Shown in pieces: positions 47,106 to 55,632 of a stretch of 55,632 nt of DNA. Origin of the DNA: a virus (lineage: Duplodnaviria; Caudoviricetes); the IMG/VR virus record IMGVR_UViG_3300037510_000248, positions 1 through 55,632 of that record; one strand, 5' to 3'. The position numbers and the translations under genes were made by a program. Each line of letters opens with the position of its first letter. Position 1 is the stretch's first letter. The notes under the pieces were generated by a model. That model saw only the letters and a program-made list of their open reading frames with translations, was not told the origin of the DNA and made no database searches.

Positions 47106-47423
47106 ATGCACCCAACGCGAACAAGTGTTGTACTCGACTGCGCACTGATCACTACCACCAGCGCCTGGGCCTTCTGGCTGGCGCGACACAAAGCGTTTGA
47201 ACCCGACTTCACCTGGGTGCAGGTGGTCGGCGGCACGCTGGTTTGCCTTGCGCACGCACAAGCACAAGGCGCGCTGAACGGCGGCGACTGGCAAGCGCAG
47301 CAGTGGCGGGTCGTACGGTCGTTCATCGTCGGCGGCACACCAATCATTATCGGGGAGATTGCCCAATGGCTGGCGCGGCCCGGTGAGCGTGCGCGCGTCC
47401 TGCGCGATTTTCCGGAGGGCTAG
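47106..47423 (+). CDS. Small membrane protein
   Basis: AAGGGG RBS; hydrophobic segments. Confidence 0.65.
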   Translation: MHPTRTSVVLDCALITTTSAWAFWLARHKAFEPDFTWVQVVGGTLVCLAHAQAQGALNGGDWQAQQWRVVRSFIVGGTPIIIGEIAQWLARPGERARVLRDFPEG

Positions 47424-47426
47424 ACA

Positions 47427-47642
47427 ATGGCACGAACGCGACGATGGCCAGACGATGCAGAACAGGAACGAGCAGACGCCATCGCCTATTTTGAGGATCT
47501 TGCCAAGCTTGGACGGACGATCGAGGCACAGGCGCGGGTCGATCCCGTTCTTGTCGAGAAGCTTGCCGTGAAGGTTCAGCTGGCCGCCGCCTATGGCAAG
47601 CACATCTTGGAGATGGCGCGGCCAACCAAAAGTACAGAGTAA
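47427..47642 (+). CDS. Hypothetical protein
   Basis: GGAGG RBS. Confidence 0.6.
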   Translation: MARTRRWPDDAEQERADAIAYFEDLAKLGRTIEAQARVDPVLVEKLAVKVQLAAAYGKHILEMARPTKSTE

Positions 47643-47708
47643 CACGAAGCCACGCGGCGCGTGAACGCCCGTGGCACGGCCCACAAGCGACTACTGAGGA
47701 GTCAACCA

Positions 47709-48581
47709 ATGAACACCAACAGTATACCCGACCTGAGCGATTCACTGGAGCGGTACCTGCGCGAGATCGGCGAATGGCCGCTGCTCACCGCTCCCGAGGA
47801 GCGTGCGCTGAGTCTCCGCATGCGGGCGACGGAGCTGGTCGACGGGACGCGCGTGCCCACCGCCGACGCGACCACTGCCCGCCACGAACTGACCACGCGC
47901 AACCTCCGACTGGTGGTCAGCATCGCGAAAAAGTACGTGAACAACGGACTGGCGCTGCTCGACCTGATCCAGGAGGGGAATTTGGGCCTGATGCGGGCGG
48001 TAGAGAAATTCAACCCCGGCGCGGGCTGGCGGTTCTCGACCTATGCCACCTGGTGGATTCGCCAGTCGGTGACGCGCGCCCTGGCCGAACAGGGCCGTAC
48101 CATCCGGCTGCCGGTGCATATGAGCGAATCGGTTGAGCGCGCCAAGCGCGCCGTCAGCCGCTTCGATCACCCGCCGACGGTCGCAGAACTGGCCGAGGCG
48201 CTCGGCTGCTCCGTTGTCAAAGTTCGGCAGCTGCAGGCGGCGTGCAAAGACGTGCGGAGCTTAGAGGAGGCGTTCGGGCATGTCGATGAGCCGCAGACGC
48301 TCGGAGAGCGCATCGCCGCGCCGCAGGAGGACTTCACCGACGCGCCAGCCTTGGCCGACCTGCGGGCGCACCTCGAAACGGCGCTCAGCACGCTCCCGGA
48401 GCGTGCGCGGAACATCATGCGCTATCGCTACGGGCTCGACGACGGCGAGTTTCGCACGCTGGAGGATACCGGACGGCGGTTTCGCATGACCAGGGAACGC
48501 GCCCGTCAGATCGAGGCCCTATCCAAGAAGGCGTTGCAGGCGTCGTGCGGCGAGCTGCGTTCGTTCCTAGAGGCGGCGTAA
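47709..48581 (+). CDS. RpoD/RpoS-like sigma70 factor (regions 1.2-4)
   Basis: YLREIG..PLLT..EE; NLRLVVSIAKKY; DLIQEGNLGLMRAVEKF; RFSTYATWWIRQ; RTIRLPVH; TRERARQIE. Confidence 0.95.
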   Translation: MNTNSIPDLSDSLERYLREIGEWPLLTAPEERALSLRMRATELVDGTRVPTADATTARHELTTRNLRLVVSIAKKYVNNGLALLDLIQEGNLGLMRAVEKFNPGAGWRFSTYATWWIRQSVTRALAEQGRTIRLPVHMSESVERAKRAVSRFDHPPTVAELAEALGCSVVKVRQLQAACKDVRSLEEAFGHVDEPQTLGERIAAPQEDFTDAPALADLRAHLETALSTLPERARNIMRYRYGLDDGEFRTLEDTGRRFRMTRERARQIEALSKKALQASCGELRSFLEAA

Positions 48582-48952
48582 TGACAAAGCTCAATCCAAC
48601 TCCACCCATTCAGGATTTGATTGACGCCTACGAGGCCGGTGCAACCATCCGCCAAATCGCGAAGCAGTTCGGCGGGTCATTCCAAAATGTCAATATCCGC
48701 CTGATCAATGCAGGCGTGCAAATGCGGCCAGCGTCCAGGCAGCGCGTTCTTCCTGATAGGACGTGCCCAACGTGCGGAACGGTGTTTCGTCCACGCCATA
48801 GCCAACAGCGCCACTGCCGCGTGGAGTGTATTCGCTCCAAGGATACCTGTAAACGCGGGCATCCGCTCACGGAAAACAACCGCTATCACTTCCCATCGGC
48901 GCACTCGCGCTGCAAGCTCTGCTCGCGGATGCGCCAGCGAGGCGAAATATGA
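48581..48952 (+). CDS. HTH + Zn-finger protein (homing-endonuclease-associated domains)
   Basis: TIRQIAKQFG; CPTCG; CKRGH...C..C. Confidence 0.7.
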   Translation: MTKLNPTPPIQDLIDAYEAGATIRQIAKQFGGSFQNVNIRLINAGVQMRPASRQRVLPDRTCPTCGTVFRPRHSQQRHCRVECIRSKDTCKRGHPLTENNRYHFPSAHSRCKLCSRMRQRGEI

Positions 48953-49203
48953 AAGAGATCCCCGCCATCGCCCGCCCGCTGTTCAACGTCGGACGGCTCT
49001 ACGCCCGCTACAAGGCAGGCGAGATTAGCGAACGCGCGTACCTCCAAGTGCTCGGCCACGACAGTTGCGCGACGCTGCACTGTGCGACGCCCGCCACGGA
49101 GTACATCGAGGCGCGGCACTACTGCGATGTCTGCGCGGCGCGCGTGCGGCGGCAGCTGGACGATGTGGCAGGGCTGCCGTTTGATGACACGAGGACGCGA
49201 TGA
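48949..49203 (+). CDS. Small Cys-containing hypothetical protein
   Basis: Coupled ORF. Confidence 0.55.
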   Translation: MKEIPAIARPLFNVGRLYARYKAGEISERAYLQVLGHDSCATLHCATPATEYIEARHYCDVCAARVRRQLDDVAGLPFDDTRTR

Positions 49204-49434
49204 GAGCCTATCGCCCGTCGATTTCGGCTCGGCTGGACTGGGCCATCACCTGCATGGAAAGCACGCGCGGCTGGCGACGCCGGTACTGGCAGTTGGTCAA
49301 GCGCCTGTACGAATCGTGGATATGAAACGCCGTCGATCTTGCTCTCGCTTTCGTCTTGCGGGCGCGCTGCTGTGTATTGGCTGTATGACCAGTCATATTC
49401 AAAGAGCGCGCCTCTCCCGTTATAGGATTGCACG

Positions 49435-51639
49435 ATGACCGCTCCATCACTTCTCAATACAGCGCTTCACTATGCTCAGCAATTCGGCTGGGCGGTGCAT
49501 CCGGTCAATATTAAAAAGGCTCCGATCACCAAGCACGGGCGCAACGATGCGACCACTGAGGAGCCTGTCATCCGACGCATGTTCCGCGAAGGCGCACAAA
49601 TCGGGGTTGCCACCGGCACGGAAAGCGGTTTGTTTGTGCTTGATGTCGATTATGACGAAAAGCGCGGCATTAACGGTTACGAAACACTTGAATACCTCGA
49701 AAAAAAGTACGGCAAACTCCCGATAACTCCACACCAGCGCACCGGGCGCGGTGGCACACAATACCTGTTTAAGTATGTGGATGGTCTCAAGAACAGCGCG
49801 AGCGCCAAGGAGATCGGCGCAGGCATCGACACGCGCGGCGCTGGTGGCTACATCGTGGCCGCCCCGAGCCACAATACGAATGGCCCATATGAATGGATCG
49901 TCAGCCCCGATGATACGCCGCTGGCAGATGTGCCTCCGTGGCTGATTGAGTTGTGTACCAAGCCCAAGCAGACCACGCCAGCAGGCACCACAACCGCCAC
50001 GGGCGACGATCGGGCCTACTGTCTCAAGATGCTTGGACAAGCGGTCGCACGCTGCGCCACTGCGCCCGATGGACAGAAGCACGATACGCTGCTGAAGATG
50101 GCAACCTGGATGGGCGGGCTGATACCGGCGATCTCGGAACTGGAGATTGAAAACGCCTTATTCTCTGCGGTCGCGCTCGTGGCCGACGACCCCGAAGGTG
50201 CCCGCAAAACCATTCGCGACGGGATCGCCTATGGCAAAACGAAGCCGATCACGCCACCCCCGCCGCGCGAGAAACCAGCAACGAAAGAGCGGGTCGATAC
50301 TGCGACCGGCGAAATTCTTGAAGCAAAACCAGAGTACATCATTGACTGGCGCGCGCAGGGTGTGACGCTGGCCGACCTGCAATATAAGCACTTCGAACCC
50401 GAGCGCTGGATTATTGAGGGCATCTTGCCAGAAGGGGCCTGCCTGTTCGCCGCAAAGTATAAGAGCAAGAAGTCATGGATGAGCTTGGCGCTCGGCGTGG
50501 CGATCGCAATGGGCGGTAAGGCACTGGGGCGTTTGAACGTGGTACAGGGCGATGTGCTGTATCTCGACCTGGAAGGCCGACAGCAGCGTATCCAGAAGCG
50601 CACACGGGCCATGCTCGGCGTGCGGCAAACGGCCTGGCCGGATAACTTCCACATCTTCACCAAATGGACGCAGGGCGAAGAAGGACTGACCGACCTAGAG
50701 CATTGGTTGATGGCACACCCGAATGCCGCCATGGTCGTGGTCGACGTGCTCGCCAGCTTCCGGCGCCCGATGAATAAGCAAGAAGAGTTCTACCGCTACG
50801 ATCGCGATACGGTCGACCCGATTAACGCGCTGGGGGAAAAGTATCACGTGGCGATCGTGCTCGTGCATCACTTCAATAAGGGCAAGCACGACGACATCAT
50901 GGATAGCATCACCGGCTCATCGGGCCTGCCCAGCGCGGTCAACACGATGTGGGCGCTCAGGCGCGATGTCAATGACAGCAGTATTCAGGTGCTCGAGCTG
51001 CGCGGGCGCGATCTAGAGAATGACGATCCGCTCGCGTTGAAGTGGGATAGCTATCTCAATCAGCATGTGATTGAGGGACCGGCGAATGAGGTGGCAATCA
51101 GTACCGAGCGGCGCGCCATTCTGAATGTCCTTGCCGATGACGAACAACACACACCGAAGGATATTGCGACCGCGCTCGGTAAGCCCGTCACTGCTGTGCA
51201 GTTCCTGCTGCGCCGTTTATTGAATGAGGGCGTAGTCGACAAGGTTGGTTACGGGAAATATGCGATTGTCGCTCAGAGTACTCAGACCCCTCAGAGTACT
51301 CAGACCCCTCAGAGTACTCAGACTTCGGAAGAGAACGATACCAACTCTGAGGGGGACTCTGAGACTCTGAGTGGCATACAGACACCCCCTCAGAGTTGTT
51401 TAGGCCTTTCTAAAGCCGTAAACGCCAACTCTGAGTACTCTGAGGGGTTTGATAAGGGGCTCGCCGATCGGCTCAAAAAAGCCGCATCACCGTTCCCGCA
51501 ACTCTCAACAACTGATTGGGGCTCACTTCGGTCTTTTTTGCGGAGTAACAACGAGAAGGACCAAGAGATCGCGCAGACACGCTGCGTAGCCTATGGCGTC
51601 GACTATGAGCAAGCACGGAGGGAAGCCAATGCAACCTAA
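49435..51639 (+). CDS. Bifunctional primase-polymerase + AAA_25/RepA-like helicase + wHTH
   Basis: GWAVHPV, IGVATG..SGLFVLDVD, TGRGG, DTRGAGGYIVAAPS; VLYLDLE, VVVD, LVHH..K, GS. Confidence 0.92.
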   Translation: MTAPSLLNTALHYAQQFGWAVHPVNIKKAPITKHGRNDATTEEPVIRRMFREGAQIGVATGTESGLFVLDVDYDEKRGINGYETLEYLEKKYGKLPITPHQRTGRGGTQYLFKYVDGLKNSASAKEIGAGIDTRGAGGYIVAAPSHNTNGPYEWIVSPDDTPLADVPPWLIELCTKPKQTTPAGTTTATGDDRAYCLKMLGQAVARCATAPDGQKHDTLLKMATWMGGLIPAISELEIENALFSAVALVADDPEGARKTIRDGIAYGKTKPITPPPPREKPATKERVDTATGEILEAKPEYIIDWRAQGVTLADLQYKHFEPERWIIEGILPEGACLFAAKYKSKKSWMSLALGVAIAMGGKALGRLNVVQGDVLYLDLEGRQQRIQKRTRAMLGVRQTAWPDNFHIFTKWTQGEEGLTDLEHWLMAHPNAAMVVVDVLASFRRPMNKQEEFYRYDRDTVDPINALGEKYHVAIVLVHHFNKGKHDDIMDSITGSSGLPSAVNTMWALRRDVNDSSIQVLELRGRDLENDDPLALKWDSYLNQHVIEGPANEVAISTERRAILNVLADDEQHTPKDIATALGKPVTAVQFLLRRLLNEGVVDKVGYGKYAIVAQSTQTPQSTQTPQSTQTSEENDTNSEGDSETLSGIQTPPQSCLGLSKAVNANSEYSEGFDKGLADRLKKAASPFPQLSTTDWGSLRSFLRSNNEKDQEIAQTRCVAYGVDYEQARREANAT
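51272..51447. repeat. Iterons / putative replication origin within the primase-helicase gene
   Basis: CTCAGAGTACTCAGACCC x3 (51272-51323), further CTCTGAG/CTCAGAG copies, inverted copy at 51429-51447. Confidence 0.8.
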
Positions 51640-51798
51640 CACCACCGCCCGCCCGCCGCTCACCTTCGCCAGCCCGATCGCCTGCGCCTACTGGCGCACC
51701 GAGGTCGCGCTGGGCTGCACCGTGGCGCTGGCTCAGCTGCGTCGGATCGTGGAAGAGCGTGGCGCCGACTACGCGGCGACGGTGCGGGGGCTGGAGCG

Positions 51799-52530
51799 AT
51801 GAGGCCATTAACATTTGGTTCGTTATTTGCAGGCATCGGCGGAATTGATCTCGGATTAGAGCGATCTGGTATGGAATGCACATTCCAAGTGGAGATTGAC
51901 GACTATGCAACACGCGTCCTTGCCAAGCACTGGCCAAACGTTCCTCGATTCCGCGATGTGCGCGAATGTGGCGCTCACAACCTTCCGTGCGTCGATGTCC
52001 TTGCGGGTGGGTTCCCGTGCCAAGACATTAGCGCCGCTGGCAAAAAGGCCGGAATTAATGGAACGAGGTCCGGATTGTGGCGTGAATACGCCCGACTCAT
52101 TGGCGAGCTACGACCCCGCTACGTGCTCGTGGAGAACGTCGCAGACTTGCTTGTTCGGGGGATGGGAAGAGTACTCGGCGACCTTTCCGCGCTCGGGTAC
52201 GATGCGGAGTGGTCAGTTATATCAGCGTGCGCTCTGGGTGCCCCACATACACGAGAGCGCATGTTCATCATTGCCAACCTTGACTGTTGTTTCAGCCGAG
52301 CACCCCGGCAGAATCAGGATCAAACCAGATCAACAAGATTGTCTGTCAGCAGCCGTTGCGCGCCGAGATGGGCATTTGATTGGTGGGCAACTGAACCCCG
52401 AGTGGACAGCATGGTTTATGGGGTTTCCGGCATTGTGGACCGACTTAGAGGACTAGGAAACGCCGTCGTACCACAATGCGCCGAGCTTGTTGGCAGAATG
52501 ATTGTTACACACTACGAGGCTTCTCTATGA
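51799..52530 (+). CDS. dcm: C5-cytosine DNA methyltransferase, alpha-type subunit (lacks motif IX)
   Basis: FAGIGG, GFPCQD, ENV, GAPH.RER, LGNAVVP. Confidence 0.92.
   Translation: MRPLTFGSLFAGIGGIDLGLERSGMECTFQVEIDDYATRVLAKHWPNVPRFRDVRECGAHNLPCVDVLAGGFPCQDISAAGKKAGINGTRSGLWREYARLIGELRPRYVLVENVADLLVRGMGRVLGDLSALGYDAEWSVISACALGAPHTRERMFIIANLDCCFSRAPRQNQDQTRSTRLSVSSRCAPRWAFDWWATEPRVDSMVYGVSGIVDRLRGLGNAVVPQCAELVGRMIVTHYEASL
51896..52456 (+). CDS. Overlapping alternative-frame beta subunit of the C5-MTase (start uncertain)
   Basis: Nested ORF ends GQLNPEWTAWFMGFPALWT (motif IX-like). Confidence 0.7.
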   Translation: MTTMQHASLPSTGQTFLDSAMCANVALTTFRASMSLRVGSRAKTLAPLAKRPELMERGPDCGVNTPDSLASYDPATCSWRTSQTCLFGGWEEYSATFPRSGTMRSGQLYQRALWVPHIHESACSSLPTLTVVSAEHPGRIRIKPDQQDCLSAAVARRDGHLIGGQLNPEWTAWFMGFPALWTDLED

Positions 52531-53558
52531 CCACCACCACCGACCTCATCGCCCGCTGCGCCCAACGCGGCTGGGCCGTGCAGCCCGATGGCGACGGCTG
52601 GGAACTGCGCGGGAACGGCGCGCCGGCTGCCTTCGGAAGCACGGCGAGCCTCGTGGCGTGGCTGGAGCGGCAGGAGCGGGCGGCGGCGCGGGCGGTCGAG
52701 GATGGGGCGGGAGAGGCGCGGGATGAGGCGATGCAAAAACCGATGAAGCCGATTCTTAAGTATCCAGGAAGCAAGGCGCGTGTTGCGGAGTGGGTGGTGT
52801 CGCATTTCCCCGCACATACGCACTATGTTGAGCCGTATTTCGGCAGCGGGGTTGTGTTGTTTAACAAGCCGCTCGCCAAGCATGAAATTATCAATGATCT
52901 GTCAGGCGATGTATGCAATCTCTTTCGCGTTATTCGCGACGACGGAGATCGGCTTGCGGCCCTAATCGAGATGACGCCATGGTCGCGCGAAGAGTATGAC
53001 GCAAGTTCCGCCCCCACTGAAAGCCCCATGGAACGCGCTCGCCGTTTTCTTGTGAACACATGGCAAATGCACGGAACACGAACCCATGAAAACAGCAAAA
53101 ACCAAGGGTGGCGACAAGTTGGCTTTCGTGGAGAGGCAACAACCGTAGACCTTTGGCGCAAATTGCCAGCACGCCTGTTGCACGTGACAAAGCGCCTGCA
53201 GCACACCGAGATAGAGAATTGTCCTGCACTCGATCTTATCGGGCGGTACTCTGGCGAAAACGTCGTGCTGTATTGCGACCCACCCTATGTGCTTTCGACT
53301 CGTAGCCATGCCATTTACGCACATGAAATGACCGACGCTGATCACAGTGCTTTACTCGATGCACTCGATGCGCATCCTGGTCCCGTCGTACTCAGTGGCT
53401 ATCGTTGCCCGCTCTACGATGACCGCCTTGGTCATTGGCAGGCGCATGAGCGTACGACTCAGGCCGAAAAAGGCAACACACGCACCGAAGTACTGTGGCT
53501 CAATCAGGTGTGCGTTGATCGGCTTGGTTATGGGCCTATGTTCGAGGTGCCCTCATGA
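52527..53558 (+). CDS. dam: Dam-like (D12 class) N6-adenine methyltransferase; core begins ~52731-52743
   Basis: ILKYPGSK, YVEPYFGSG, EIINDL, YCDPPY, VLSGY, EVLWLN. Confidence 0.92.
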   Translation: MTTTTDLIARCAQRGWAVQPDGDGWELRGNGAPAAFGSTASLVAWLERQERAAARAVEDGAGEARDEAMQKPMKPILKYPGSKARVAEWVVSHFPAHTHYVEPYFGSGVVLFNKPLAKHEIINDLSGDVCNLFRVIRDDGDRLAALIEMTPWSREEYDASSAPTESPMERARRFLVNTWQMHGTRTHENSKNQGWRQVGFRGEATTVDLWRKLPARLLHVTKRLQHTEIENCPALDLIGRYSGENVVLYCDPPYVLSTRSHAIYAHEMTDADHSALLDALDAHPGPVVLSGYRCPLYDDRLGHWQAHERTTQAEKGNTRTEVLWLNQVCVDRLGYGPMFEVPS

Positions 53559-53740
53559 CCGACTGCCCCCACTGCTGGACGCCGGAGGCCACCGCGCGCG
53601 CCGCTGAGCACGCCGCCCGCGTGGCACGCGAGGTTGCGGCGGCGCGGGAGGCCTGGGCGGCGCGGGCGCTGCTGGCGCGGCTGCTGAGTGGGCCGACGGA
53701 TGCGGAGATGAAACAACACGCGAAGGACGGTGTACAATGA
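53555..53740 (+). CDS. Small hypothetical protein
   Basis: Coupled ORF. Confidence 0.5.
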   Translation: MTDCPHCWTPEATARAAEHAARVAREVAAAREAWAARALLARLLSGPTDAEMKQHAKDGVQ

Positions 53741-54093
53741 GCGAACCCGATGAGACCGTGACCCTGCAACGCGCCTGTATCGAACTGGGCGGCGACAAGC
53801 CCTACAGTGAGCCGACCGTGCGGCGGATGATTCGCGACCACGCAATCGACGCCTACGGAGCCGGACGCTTGCTCAGGATCAGCATGGACAGTATTCGCGA
53901 TTATAAGGCCGGGAGGCGTACATGGCACCGAAGCACGAGCGCCGCGCACGCGGCACAGGCACCATCCAGCGGCAACCAGACGGGTCGTGGATCGCCCGCA
54001 CGAGCGACAAGAGCCGATCAGGTCGTTTTCCTCACGGATCGGCGGGCTACCGGGAAGCCGAAGAAGCGCTCGAAACCTGGAACCGCTCCGTAA
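53737..54093 (+). CDS. xis: Excisionase / recombination directionality factor
   Basis: HTH_17-like TLQRAC.ELG...SEPTVRRMI...LRI; overlaps int start. Confidence 0.75.
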   Translation: MSEPDETVTLQRACIELGGDKPYSEPTVRRMIRDHAIDAYGAGRLLRISMDSIRDYKAGRRTWHRSTSAAHAAQAPSSGNQTGRGSPARATRADQVVFLTDRRATGKPKKRSKPGTAP

Positions 54094-55142
54094 GAGCCGG
54101 ACGCGACCCCAAAGACTCGCGCCAGCGCACGCGCGATTTCCTGTCAGATTGGCTCACGACCGTGTGCAAGCCGCCGAAGGTTCAGCCGAGTACTGCCGCT
54201 TTTTACAAACGCCATTGTGAGTACGCTACCACGCACATTGGTGATATTGCCCTCGAAGTGCTCGACGCGCGGGCGATCGAGATGATGCAGGGCAAGCTGG
54301 CCGACGATGGGCTCTCGGCGCGCTCGATCAACCACGTCAAGGCAGTGCTCCGCAACGCGCTCAATGTCGCGAAGCGCTGGGGGCTGATTACGACCAATCC
54401 AGCCGAGACCATCCCCGATTGGCCGGTTGACGCCGTGAGCGGCACGGTACTCACACCCGCGCAGGTGGCGATCCTGTTGCACGCGGTCGAGGGCATGCGC
54501 CACGAGGCACTGTATCACGTTGCGCTGATGCTTGGCCCCCGGCGCGGCGAGCTGCTGGCGTTGCGCTGCGAGGATATCCACGATGATGTGCTGTCAATTG
54601 AACAAACCATCAAAGAGGGCGAGGGGCGCGCGACCGTAATCGGGATCGTCAAATCCAAAGAGGCGCGTGATCTGCCGCTTACTCCCGACCTCCAGGAGCG
54701 GTTAGCGCGCCGCGTGAAGGAAGTAGCCACCGAGGCGCGTATCGCGCAGCAGCGCGCCGCTGAGCAGGCCACACGCGACGGAAAACCCATCCCCATCATT
54801 CACTGGAACCCGCTCGGGCTGCTGTTTTGTTCTGAGGCCGGCACGCCGATCCAACTGTCGAACTTCAATCGCAGCTTTGGGTATCTCATTACCCGCATCA
54901 ACAAGCAGCTGCGCAGAGAGCACGCCCCCGATGCGCTGCTGCTGCCCGCCGATCTCACCCCGCACGATTTGCGCCGCACCGCGCTCACTGACCTGGCTGC
55001 GCATGGCGAAGCCAAGGCCGTGCAGAACATCGCCGGCCACGCCGACATCGATACCACGATGCGCCTCTACGCCCGCCGACGTATGACCGCGATGCGCGCG
55101 GCCGTGGATGCGATGGAAGAGAGCAGGAGGACAGGGACTTGA
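53922..55142 (+). CDS. int: Tyrosine integrase
   Basis: N-terminal RRARGTGTI arm domain; GPRRGE (R), K, HDLRR, AGH, TTMRLY catalytic residues. Confidence 0.95.
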   Translation: MAPKHERRARGTGTIQRQPDGSWIARTSDKSRSGRFPHGSAGYREAEEALETWNRSVRAGRDPKDSRQRTRDFLSDWLTTVCKPPKVQPSTAAFYKRHCEYATTHIGDIALEVLDARAIEMMQGKLADDGLSARSINHVKAVLRNALNVAKRWGLITTNPAETIPDWPVDAVSGTVLTPAQVAILLHAVEGMRHEALYHVALMLGPRRGELLALRCEDIHDDVLSIEQTIKEGEGRATVIGIVKSKEARDLPLTPDLQERLARRVKEVATEARIAQQRAAEQATRDGKPIPIIHWNPLGLLFCSEAGTPIQLSNFNRSFGYLITRINKQLRREHAPDALLLPADLTPHDLRRTALTDLAAHGEAKAVQNIAGHADIDTTMRLYARRRMTAMRAAVDAMEESRRTGT

Positions 55143-55148
55143 CATGCG

Positions 55149-55191
55149 TGGTATACTGGTGATTGACGGAGGTGTACAGAGGGTGTATAAT
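55149..55191 (+). promoter_or_regulatory. Promoter(s) and GGTGTA(C/T)A repeats upstream of the RHH gene
   Basis: TGGTATACT at 55149-55157; TTGACG-17 bp-TATAAT at 55163-55191. Confidence 0.6.
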
Positions 55192-55372
55192 GGAACGTAA
55201 GCAGATACGGCTCGATGAGCAGTCCGAAACAGACCTGGAACTGATCAGGAGGCACTACGGACTAACGACCCGATCCGCCGCTATCCGGTTCGCGCTCCGC
55301 GAAGTTGCGCGACTTATAGAGGCACAACATGCCACGCAAGAAAATCCCGTACAGCGTCCCCCCACGACCTAG
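55190..55372 (+). CDS. Ribbon-helix-helix regulator
   Basis: KQIRLDE...L..I...YGL..RSAAIRFAL. Confidence 0.75.
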   Translation: MERKQIRLDEQSETDLELIRRHYGLTTRSAAIRFALREVARLIEAQHATQENPVQRPPTT

Positions 55373-55632
55373 TGGGCACTTTGTTTATACCTTGGCATGG
55401 CCCAACGGGGATGTGTTCTACGTCGGCAAGGGCAAGGGCGACAGGGCCGAGACACATCTAAAAGAAGCAAGCCGTCGCGATTGCTACTGTAACAAGTGCC
55501 GCGCTATTCATCGAATATGGGATAAGCGCCAGCAAGTTCAGATAAGCTATGTATTCGAGACAGACGATCCGAAGATTGCACTGCGCAAAGAGACGGAGCT
55601 TATCAAGTCACTGGGATATACAGGGACGCTCA
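55329..55632 (+). CDS. GIY-YIG family protein (truncated by window end)
   Basis: FVYTL...VFYVGKGKGDR...H ... ALRKETELI...GTL. Confidence 0.8.
   Translation, partial: MPRKKIPYSVPPRPSGHFVYTLAWPNGDVFYVGKGKGDRAETHLKEASRRDCYCNKCRAIHRIWDKRQQVQISYVFETDDPKIALRKETELIKSLGYTGTL

Larger units (their letters stand above)
1..55632. mobile_element. Temperate tailed phage / prophage, near-complete
   Basis: Terminase, portal, capsid, tail, tape measure, endolysin, CI/Cro, primase-helicase, xis/int all present; no host housekeeping genes seen. Confidence 0.95.

Noticed and set aside
46725-47684. 319-aa - strand ORF across several early genes
   Set aside because: Overlaps well-supported + strand genes with RBSs; no motifs
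51272-51323. Tandem 18-bp repeats as a possible CRISPR array
   Set aside because: No spacers, in-frame within a CDS, no cas genes; better explained as iterons
51799-53558. Restriction-modification system
   Set aside because: No cognate restriction endonuclease adjacent; orphan phage methylases are more likely
55329-55632. Direct circular join of window end to window start
   Set aside because: No terminal overlap; direct joining puts the GIY-YIG ORF out of frame with the open frame at 2-169

Overview
The window is a near-complete temperate siphovirus-type phage genome (or prophage), GC-rich. The host is probably a Chloroflexota bacterium (inference from two exported proteins ending in a [YF]LP-type C-terminal motif and a small protein resembling a Chloroflexales conserved protein). 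A CI/Cro switch (~45 kb) with GCAACTAnTTGC operators drives a rightward early operon: sigma factor, primase-helicase with iterons, split C5-methylase, Dam-like methylase, xis, tyrosine integrase. The + strand early-type genes at 0.6-5 kb, after a tRNA-Arg(CCT) and a putative att region, probably continue this arm. A leftward early operon (43.8->38.5 kb) carries a GGDEF protein and an HTH-HAD fusion and ends in a cluster of CCA-terminated tRNA-like RNAs. The late operon (37.8->10.6 kb, - strand) holds lysis, terminase, portal, capsid and tail genes, with two glycosyltransferases and an acetyltransferase embedded. The most unusual items are: (1) a self-contained 5.1-9.9 kb operon of membrane proteins, a glucosaminidase-VanW hydrolase and two TM+HTH proteins, each carrying its own dense heptamer DNA repeat array inside its gene, reminiscent of Streptomyces plasmid spread/stability loci; (2) the tRNA-mimic array, whose last element shares 10 nt with the downstream terminator; (3) a phage diguanylate cyclase-like gene; (4) a candidate virion glycosylation module. 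All calls come from reading the sequence by eye; no searches were run.
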